A stretch of DNA of 37,412 nt from the NCBI GenBank assembly GCA_038087875.1, contig JAXLNO010000138.1:1-37412 (forward strand), given 5' to 3'. This document shows, piece after piece, positions 1-8,686 of this stretch (positions are counted from its first letter, which is position 1; the number at the start of each line of letters is the position of its first letter). A program made the position numbers and the translations under genes. This DNA comes from Malacoraja senta. Lineage: Eukaryota. The notes beneath the pieces are model-generated. The model was not told the origin of the DNA. It saw only the letters and a program-made list of their open reading frames with translations, and made no database searches.

Positions 1-180
1 GAGGGAGTTTTCCCCCATGTGTTCTTGGCTAGTAGTTTTTTGGTAGTTATCCACCAGTTAGGGTCATTATCACACATTGGTTCTTGCAGGGGCTGCTGAG
101 TGTAAATAACCTCCACATCCACTACTTTACACCAGACTATACTTCAAACGGTTGTCGTTTTATTTTTTAGTTTCGGAGAT

Positions 181-631
181 AGAAACATAGAAACATAGAA
201 ATTAGGTGCAGGAGTAGGCCATTCGGCCCTTCGAGCCTGCACCGCCATTCAATATGATCACGGCTTATCATCCAACTCAGTATCCCGTACCTGCCTTCTC
301 TCCATACCCCCTGATCCCTTTAGCCACAAGGCCACCTCTAACTCCCTCTTAAATATAGCCAATGAACTGGCCTCGACTACCCTCTGTGCAGAGAGTTCCA
401 GAGATTCACCACTCTCTGTGTGAAAAAAGTTCTTCTCATCTCGGTTTTAAAGGATTTCCCCTTATCCTTAAGCTGTGACCCCTTGTCCTGGACTTCCCCC
501 AACATCGGGAGCAATCTTCCTGCATCTAGCCTGTCCAACCCCTTAAGAATTTTGTAAGTTTGTATAAGATCCCCTCTCAATCTCCTAAATTCTAGCGAGT
601 ACAAGCCGAGTCTATCCAGTCTTTCTTCATA
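181..631 (-). mobile_element. CR1-like LINE 3' fragment
   Basis: [20 protein letters not shown]...[13 protein letters not shown]; (CTATGTTT)n tail. Confidence 0.92.
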
Positions 632-720
632 CGTGATACAGGCGGAAACCGACCCTTCATCCCACCTCGCGCATTAACACTATCCTACACATCTCCACAG
701 ACTAACACTATCCTACACCC

Positions 721-1090
721 ATGAAGAAGGGTTTCGGCCCGAAACGTTGCCTATTTCCTTCGCTCCATAGGTGCTGCTGCACCCGCTGAGTTTCTCCAGC
801 ACTTTTGTGTACCTTCGATTTTCCAGCCTCTGCAGTTCCTTCTTAAACACTATCCTACACATACTTGCTGAGTGCAAATAGCCTCCATATCCGTTAATTT
901 ACAGCTGCTTTAGTATACTTTTGAAAGAAAGTTGGTTCACCAATGTGGACAGCTATTTAAAAGCTAACGGCGTGATCCTGGTTGTGGTAGGAAGAAGGTT
1001 TTCGGCCCGAAACGTTGCCTATTTCCTTCGCTCCATAGATGCAGCTGCCTCACCCCGCTGGGTTCTCCAGCAATTTTTGTCCACCTTCGA
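721..1090 (+). mobile_element. Two short PLE 3'-end fragments (721-845, 991-1090)
   Basis: gaagaagg(g/t)tttcggcccgaaacgttgcctatttccttcgctccatag, near-identical to the 3' end of the 10351-10820 element. Confidence 0.75.
905..986 (+). CDS. Putative penultimate coding exon of an unidentified gene
   Basis: ttaatttacAG|C acceptor; open frame CFSILLKESWFTNVDSYLKANGVILVV; donor GTG|GTAGGA, phase 0, compatible with the exon at 1577. Confidence 0.45.
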
Positions 1091-1530
1091 TCCTGACTAC
1101 GGGTGGTTGTCTGTACGGAGTTTGTACTTCTCCCCGTGACCTGCGTGGGTTTTCTCCAGAATCTCCGGTTTCCTCCCACATTCCAAAGGCGTACAGGTTT
1201 GCAGTTATAATTGTAAATTGCCCCGAGCATGTGTAGGATAATGTTAGTGTGCGGGATCGCTGGTCGGCGCGGACTCGGTGGCCGAGGGGGACCTGTTCCG
1301 TGTTGTCACAAGTCTAAAGTTGGGTGCTGCCTTAGTGGAGTCTGCAGGTTCTCCCTGTGACGTCACGGGTTTACTCCGGGCGCTCCGGTTTCCTTTCACG
1401 TCCAAAGAATTGTGGGAGTGTACGTCAAGTGGGTGTGGGATAGTGTTGGTGCGCGGGGATCGCTGGTCGGAGGCGGCCCGGTGGGCCGAAGGTCCAGTTT
1501 CCACGCTGTATCTCTAAACTAACCTAAACA
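1089..1530 (+). mobile_element. Two 5'-truncated tRNA-derived V-SINEs (HE1-like)
   Basis: V-domain ctgtacggagtttgta..ctccggtttcctcccac and tail gggccgaagg..gtttcc..ctgtatctctaaac. Confidence 0.85.
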
Positions 1531-1576
1531 AGCCATTGCTGAGGTTTTCTCATTGAACTCTCCCCGGTGCGAACAG

Positions 1577-1780
1577 CCCATCCCATCTCCGAAGATCCTC
1601 GCGGCTCCATCCCAGTTCAGCATTGTCCAAGTGGACTGGGAGAATTTGCCAAGGGAATTGGCCGAGTTCAACAGCTACTTCAATGTCTTCATCATGCTCG
1701 CCTCTTCAAATGGAAACAGGCTCTTCGCAGGAGGCCGGTGGTTTACAACAAGGGAACATTTCGCGCCGTTTACGTGTTAA
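1577..1780 (+). CDS. Putative terminal coding exon of an unidentified gene convergent with ERP27
   Basis: Unique sequence; aacAG|CCC acceptor (alternative in-frame cccAG at 1614); PIPSPKILAAPSQFSIVQVDWENLPRELAEFNSYFNVFIMLASSNGNRLFAGGRWFTTREHFAPFTC*; C-ending codon bias (TTC, ATC, AAC, TAC, GTC); AATAAA downstream. Confidence 0.55.
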   Translation, partial: PIPSPKILAAPSQFSIVQVDWENLPRELAEFNSYFNVFIMLASSNGNRLFAGGRWFTTREHFAPFTC

Positions 1781-1890
1781 GTGGCCACATGGAATATCAG
1801 CGTGATTCCGACATAATGATTGCCTCATCTGGAATTCATTGAGGAACACATTTTACTCAAAAGGTGGAATTCTCCACTCTTGATCCGAAG

Positions 1891-1896
1891 AATAAA
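1891..1896 (+). promoter_or_regulatory. Polyadenylation signal for the putative + strand gene
   Basis: AATAAA about 110 nt after the TAA at 1778-1780. Confidence 0.45.
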
Positions 1897-1920
1897 ATGA
1901 AGCCAGTGCACGGGATATTG

Positions 1921-2312
1921 AAGATGGACACAGAATGCCGGAGTAACTCAGCGGGACAGGCAGCATCTCTGGAAAGAAGGAACGGGTGACGTTTCGGGTC
2001 GGGACCCTTCTTCAGACTGAGGAGGCAGGGGAGGGGGACACTGGTGGTGTGGGAAGGTACAGAACAAAGCATCGATGACTCGGGAGAAGAGAGCCCACAA
2101 TGGTCCATTGTTGGCCGTGGAAGAGGTGATAACGAAGGGCTATATGATGCGAACAGTGGAACTGGCAGGACAACTAGGGTGAGGGAGGGACAGAGAGAGA
2201 GGGAATGCAAGGATTACTTGAAATTAGTGAAACAAATATTCATGCCATGGGTTGTAAACTGCCCCGAGCGAAATATCAGGTGCTGTTCCTCCAGTTTGAG
2301 TGTGGCCTTCAC
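1921..2312 (-). mobile_element. Degenerate Penelope-like 3' fragment with hammerhead-like core (1988-2015)
   Basis: Decayed ...LEEQHLIFR... end of the GIY-YIG ORF, then CTGAAGAAGGGTCCCGACCCGAAACGTC. Confidence 0.75.
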
Positions 2313-2624
2313 ACGAACACTGGAATGGATGAGTTGGCTCTTGGCACTGTCCGAAACACATTAGGGACAATTTACAATTTACAGAAGCCAATTAACCTAC
2401 AAACTGCACGACTTTGGAGTGTGGGAGGAAACCGGAGCACCCGGAGAAAGCCCACATGGTCACAGGGGGAACGTACAAACTCCATACTGACAGCATCCAT
2501 AATCAGATCGAACCCTGGTCTCTGGCGCTGCAAGGCAGCAACTCTACCACCTGCCGCTGTCCCACCCTTCCTTCAAGAAATTCAGGAGATGTTGAAATAT
2601 CTCAACAGACTTTTTGAACTGAGT

Positions 2625-2984
2625 TTAAGAAACATAGAAAGTCATAAGAGTGCAGGAGGCCGAGGACAATAGACAATAGACTATAGGTGCAGGAGTAGGC
2701 CAATTCAGCCCTTCGAGCCATTCACTGTGATCATCCCCCAATCAGTACCCGTTCCTGCCTTCTCCCCATATCCCCCTGACTCCGCTATCTTTAAGAGCCC
2801 TATCTAACTCTCTGTTGAAAGTATCCAGAGAATTGGCCTCCACTGCCTTCTGAGGCAGAGAATTCCTCAGATTCACAACTCTCTGTGTGAAAAAGTATTT
2901 CCTCATCTCTGTTCTAAATGGCTTACCCTTATTCTTAAACTGTGGCCCCTGGTTCTGGACTCCCCAACATCGGGAACATGTTTC
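2625..2984 (-). mobile_element. CR1-like LINE 3' fragment
   Basis: Same RT C-terminus and 3'UTR; ctattgt tail. Confidence 0.85.
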
Positions 2985-3665
2985 AAGTCAAGTCAAGTCA
3001 AGTTAAGAGAGTTTATTGTCATGTGTCCCAGATAGGACAAAGAAATTCTTGCTTTGCTGCAGCACAACTGAATATAGTAGGCATAAATACAGATCAGATC
3101 AGATCAGTGTGACCATATACCATTGAATATATATATACACACATCAATAAACAGATAAAGTGCAATAGGCTGTTATAGTTCAGAGTTTGTTTGAGTTGAG
3201 TTTAATAGCCTGATGGCTGTGGGGAAGTAGCTATTCCTGAACCTGGATGTTGCAGATTTCAGGCTCCTGTACCTTCTACCTGAAGGCAGCGGAGAGATGA
3301 GTGTGTGGCCAGGATAGTGTGGGACCTTGATGATGCTGCCAGCCTTTTTGAGGCAACGACTGCGATAGATCCCCTCGATGGTAGGGAGGTCAGAGCCGAT
3401 GATGGACTGGGCAGGTTTACTACTTTTTGCAGCTTTTCCGCTCCTGGGCGCTCAAGTTGCCGAACCAAGCCACGATGCAACCGGTCAGCATGCTCTCTAC
3501 TGTGCACCTGTAGAAGTTCGAGGGAGTCCTCCTTGACAAACCGACTTCTCCGTAATCTTCTCAGGAAGTAGAGGCGCTGATGTGCTTTCTTTAGGATTGC
3601 GTCAGTGTTCTGGGACCAGGAGGGATCTTCGGAAATATGCACGCCCAGGAATTTGAAGTTTCTTG
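2985..3665 (-). mobile_element. Rex1/Babar-like LINE 3' fragment
   Basis: SWSQNTDAILKKAHQRLYFLRRLRR with frameshifts; (CTTGA)n tail. Confidence 0.8.
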
Positions 3666-4112
3666 ACCTCTACCTTGGGAGAAACATTGATAGGCGACGT
3701 TTCGGGTCAGGACCCTTCTTGGTTCCCACCTGTACGGAGTTTGTGGTTTCCCCTGTAAGTGTGTGGGTCTTCTGTGGGTGCTCTGGTTTCCTACCACACT
3801 CCAGGTTTGTAGGTTAATGGTTTAAAGTAAAAATTGTAAAATTCAGTGTGTCCCTGGTGAGTGTACGATAGTGCTAGTGTACGGGTCGATCTCTGGCCGG
3901 CGTGGACTCGGTGGGCCGAAGGGCCAGTTTCCGCGCTGTATCTCTAAAGACCAGAGTAAGGTAAAGTCTGAATATTGTTGTAGTACTTGCCTCAACTAAT
4001 AAATGCAGGTAGTCACTGGCAATGTATTGAGTTTTGCACGCTTTTTGTTCAGTATATATTTTTATTGCAATAACATTATTTTTGAAAATGAAAAAACACT
4101 TTATGTCCTAAA

Positions 4113-4600
4113 GTGTCGAGCAGAGAAGATTTAACGAGGATGTTGCCAGGACTCGAGGTCCTGAGCGACAGAGAGAGGTTGAGCAGGCTGGGACTCTGTT
4201 CCTTGGGAGCGCGGGAGGATGAGGGAGATCTTATAGATGTGTACAAAATCGTGAGAGGAATAGATCGGGTAGATGCACAGAGTCTCTTGCCCAGAGTAGG
4301 GGAATCGGGACCAGAGGACATAGGCTCAAGGTGAAGGGGAAAGATTTAATAGGAATCTGAGGGGTAGCTTTTTCACACTAAGGGTGGTGGGTGTATGGAA
4401 CAAGCTGCCAGAGGAGGTAGTTGAGGCTGGGACTATCCCAATGTTTAAGAAGCAGTTAGACAGGTACATGGATAGACAGGTTTTGAGGGATATGGGGCAA
4501 ACGGCAGTAGGTGGGACTAGTGTAGCTGGGACCATGTTGGCCAGTGTGAGCAAGTTGGGGCCGAAGCGCCTGTTTTCACACTGTATCACTCTATGCTCTA
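4113..4600 (+). mobile_element. CR1-like LINE 3' fragment (subfamily sharing its tail with the SINE)
   Basis: TRMLPGLE..ERLSRLGL..GDLIDVYKI; VWNKLPEEVVEAG; tail gggccgaag.gcctgttt. Confidence 0.9.
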
Positions 4601-5110
4601 AACCTCCCCTCTGTCTGGTCTCCCTCTCCATTTGAGGACATCCTCCAATATTATGCTATCCCCTCCCTGTCTGGGATCAACCCAGGAGAAGAGTGGGATG
4701 GCACTGGCTCAGTCCCGAGGACCCAGGGCAGTGCGGTGAGTTGGAGGAGAGACGGGGTCCCGGTGATAGCCCATTCAGCCCATCGCATCTACTCCGCCAT
4801 TCAATCATGGCTGATCTGTCTTGCCCACATTCTCCTGCCTTCTCCCCGTAACCCCTGACACCCCACTCATCCCTGGGATCGTTCTTGAAAACCTCCTCTG
4901 GACCCTCTCCACGCCAGCACATCCTTCCATAGATATGGGGCCCAGAACTGCTCACGGTACTCCTAATGCCAGCCATCCAGCGGCCTTATAAAGCCTCAGT
5001 ATTACCTCCCTGTTTCATGTAGTCTAGCCCATACGAAATAAATGCCAACATGGCCGTTTGCCTCACTGTGAATGGCTCGATCGTAATCACGTGTTGTCTT
5101 TCCGCTGACT

Positions 5111-5717
5111 CAGTGGCGGAAATCCCGGGGGGGGGGCCAGGGGGGGAGACGTGCTCAGGTCATAGGGTCACAACGGCAGCCTGGACACAGACCTGTGCCT
5201 CATCCGCAGCCAGGATCCATCCCGGCGACACTGCAATCGCTGCCGAACCGCCACTGGACCATCCCCGTCCCCACCCCAGTGCCCCGCCCCCCCCCACGTC
5301 CGGGGGTGGCCAGACAGTCGGGTGTCAGACGGGCACGGTTCCCCCAGGCCCACAGCCAGCGCAGAGAAGCAGCGCTGAAACCAGCTCAACTCTGCCTGTC
5401 CCGCCAGGTTAACCTAAAAGCATGCCTGACTTACGGGAAATATGGCCCAGGTTTACAGCCAGTGCGGAGAAGCAGCACTAGCTCCACGGCTCCGGACTGG
5501 TGTCCCGTCAGTCCAGGCAGGGCTGTAGGTTAACCCAGCGACACAGGCAGAGTTGAGCTGCATTTAGCGCTGGATTGAGCTGTAATTACCGTTCACAGGG
5601 CCCACGGCTGAAGCCTTCGAAGCCTCGCGTGTATGTGTGTGTGAGTGTGCGCGCGCGGCCGCCAAGAAATTGTGTCCCCCGGTCCCCTCCATATTTTGAT
5701 AGCGATTTCCGTCACTG
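5111..5717. mobile_element. Non-autonomous hAT-superfamily DNA transposon
   Basis: TIR CAGTGGCGGAAATC / GATTTCCGTCACTG; perfect 8-bp TSD CGCTGACT (5103-5110, 5718-5725); splits a LINE 3'-tail repeat. Confidence 0.9.
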
Positions 5718-6364
5718 CGCTGACTGGCCAGCGCGCAACAAAGGCCTTTTCGCGGTACCTCAGTACAACGTGACAATAAACTAAAATCTTAAACGTTGGG
5801 ATAGTCCCAGCCTCAACTACCTCCTCCGGCAGCTCGTTCCGTACACCCACCAACCCTTTGTGTGAAAAAGTTACCCCTCAGATTCCTATTCAATCCTTTC
5901 CCCTTCACCTTGAATCCATGTCCTCTGGTCCTCGATTCCCCTACTCTGGGCAAGAGACTCTGTGCGTCTGTCTACCCGATCTATTCCTCTCCTTGTTCCC
6001 CTAGAGTCTCCAGCCCATGGTGAACAACAGTCTGGTGGATAGGAGCGGCTAAAGTTCCGGACGGTTGCAGCTCTCGCAGTCTGGTCACTGGCTGGGGAAC
6101 GGCTGGAGACGGAAACACTTTTACAGACACCCCTTGCCCCCTGTCTCCACTTCAAGGGCAAACACCTCCCATTAAACGGCCGTGGGAGGCCTCCATTCCA
6201 TCTGTTGGGCAGGGCGAATTTTTCCAAGTCATAAATGTGTTGTGTACCAGGTGCCCACTGTTCGCTGGTATTAACTTTTTTTCCAGCGTTGCCACCCAGC
6301 ATATGTGTGGACGTGTACAGGAGTCAGGTGCAGCTCGAGCCCCAGCCATCGGCTGCCAGCTCAC

Positions 6365-6936
6365 TCAGTGCTGGAGTAACTCAGCGGGACAGGCAGCGTC
6401 TCTGGAGTGAAGGAATGGGTGATGTTTCGGGTCGAGACCATGTCTGAAGCAGGGCCTCAAACCGAAACATCACCCATCACTCTAGTCCACCCAGAGATGC
6501 TGCCTGTCGCACTGAGTTACTCCAGCATTTCCTTCCTACACATGTTTTGGACAAAGAACTGCAGATGCTGGTTTATACCAAAGATAGGCACAATGTGCTG
6601 GGGGGTAACTCAGCGGGTCAGGCAGCGTCTCTGGAGAAAAAGGAATGGGTGACGTTTCGGGCCAAGACCCTTCTTCAGTCTGAGATCAGGCAGCACATGA
6701 TGTTTTTCTTCGGAGATGCTGCCTGACCCCGCTGACTTACTCCAGCACATTGTGTCTATCTTTGGTATAAACCAGCACCTGCAGTTCTTAGTCCAAAAAC
6801 ATGTGTAGGGAGGAACTAAAGATGCTGGTTTAAACCGAAGATAGACACAAAGTGCTGGAGTAACTCAGCTGGAGTAACTCAGACCCTGCTTCAGACATAG
6901 TCTCGACCCGAAACATCACCCATTCCTTCTCTCCAG
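6365..6936. mobile_element. Cluster of short PLE 3'-end fragments in alternating orientation
   Basis: Repeated gctggagtaactcagcggg(a/t)caggcagc and gatgctgcctg..gctgagttactccagca, with partial hammerhead cores. Confidence 0.75.
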
Positions 6937-7395
6937 TGTCAGGACTGTCTTATGAAGAAAGACTGGATAGACTTGGTTTATACTCTCTAGAATTTAGGAG
7001 ATTGAGAGGGGATCTTATAGAAACTTACAAAATTCTTAAGGGGTTGGACAGGCTAGATGCAGGAAGATTGTTCCCGATGTTGGGGAAGTCCAGAACAAGG
7101 GGTCACAGTTTAAGGATAAGGGGGAAGTCTTTTAGGACCGAGATGAGAAAATCATTTTTTACACAGAGAGTGGTGAATCTGTGGAATTCTCTGCCACAGT
7201 AGTTGAGGCCAGTTCATTGGCTACTATTTAAGAGGGAGTTAGATGTGGCCCTTGTGGCTAAAGGGATCAGGGGGTATGGAGAGAAGGCAGGGATGGGATA
7301 CTGAGTTGGATGATCAGCCATGATCACATTGAATGGCGGTGCAGGCTCGAAGGGCCGAATGGCCTACTCCTGCACCTAATTTCTATGTTTCTATG
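6937..7395 (+). mobile_element. CR1-like LINE 3' fragment
   Basis: [32 protein letters not shown]; near-identical to 181-631 in the opposite orientation. Confidence 0.92.
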
Positions 7396-8048
7396 AAACA
7401 GGCCCTTCCACACCACCGATCCCGTGCCGACCAGCGATCATGATCACCTGTTCACACTAGTTCTATCCTCCACACTAGGGACAATTTGCAGAAGCCAATT
7501 GATCTACAAACCCGCACATCTTTGGAATGCGGGAGGAAACTGGGGCACCCGGAGAAAACCCACGCGGTCACATGGAGGACGTGCAAACTGTGTGCGCACA
7601 CACACACAGGCAGCACCCAAGGTTAAGGCGCAGGCATTGTAAGGCAGCAGCTCTACTGCTGTGCCACCATGCCACCAGATACCTATCCAGGCCAGACCAA
7701 TGTCCTGACGACCGACACAAAATGCTGGAGTAACTCCAGTATTTTGTGCCCTATCCTTGGTATAAACCGGCATCTGACGTTCCCATTTGCTCCATTTCCC
7801 CCTCTGTTTGGTCCATACCTCCCTAGACCTTTTTCTTGCAGGACAAAAGTGTTCCCGATGTTGGGGGGGGGGGGGGGGGGGGTCCAGAACCAAGGGTCAC
7901 AGTTTAAGAATAATGGGGTAGGCCATTTAGGACGGAGATGAGGAAAAAACTTGTATATCCAGAGTCTTGTGAATCTGTGGAATTCTCTGCCACAGTGGAG
8001 GCCAATTCTCTGGATGTTTTCAAGAGAGAGTTAGATTTAGCTCTGAGG

Positions 8049-8223
8049 CAGTGGTTCTTAACCTTTTTGGCACCAGTACGCGCATACGTGGACAAAATAC
8101 TGTATGTGGTGTGTGTACCTTTGTTAGGTTCCTAAACATGGGCTCAACAAATTGATATGTTATTTGTGTCCCCTTCATGACCCCCGGCAAAGTCCCAAAC
8201 GACCCCCAGGTTAAGAACCACTG
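8049..8223. mobile_element. hAT-Charlie-like MITE inserted in a CR1 fragment
   Basis: Perfect 16-bp TIR CAGTGGTTCTTAACCT / AGGTTAAGAACCACTG; no clean TSD. Confidence 0.8.
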
Positions 8224-8448
8224 GGCTAAAGGGATATGGGGAGAAAGCAGGAACTGGGTACTGATTTTGGATGATCAGCCATGATCATATTGAATGGCAG
8301 TGCTGGCTCGAAGGGCCGAATGGCCTACCCCTGCACCTATTTTCTTTGTTTCTATGTTTCTATCCACGTACATTTAGTTTAAGGTAGACAAGAAAATGCT
8401 GGAGAAACTCAGCGGGACAGGCAGCATCTATGGAGAGAAGGAATTGGT

Positions 8449-8476
8449 GACGTTTCGGGTCGAGACCCTTCTTCAG
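8449..8476 (-). ncRNA. Minimal hammerhead-like core in a solo PLE 3' fragment (8383-8476)
   Basis: CTGAAGA-A-GGGT-CTCG-ACCC-GAAA-C-GTC. Confidence 0.55.
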
Positions 8477-8584
8477 ATTTCAGCTTTAGATTAGTTGGGA
8501 GGTATTACGGGTTTTTTGTGTCTGCCTGCTCTATAGTCAGACCCAGGGCCAATGTGAGGTGTGACAATCGTCAGATGGTCTGGC

Positions 8585-8590
8585 TTTATT
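8585..8590 (-). promoter_or_regulatory. Polyadenylation signal AATAAA of ERP27
   Basis: tttatt on + strand, about 65 nt downstream of the TGA stop. Confidence 0.7.
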
Positions 8591-8653
8591 TGAGCAGCTG
8601 GTCACAACGTAAGGAAACACGAGCAATATAAAGACAATGGCAGTTCTCTTGAT

Positions 8654-8686
8654 TCACAACTCGTCTGATGGAGGTTTCTTCGGAGG
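8654..8686 (-). CDS. ERP27: ERP27 exon 7 (ER retrieval signal SDEL and stop)
   Basis: Acceptor cttttctgtctttcAG; CCT CCG AAG AAA CCT CCA TCA GAC GAG TTG TGA = [10 protein letters not shown]. Confidence 0.9.
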   Translation of the reverse strand, partial: PPKKPPSDEL

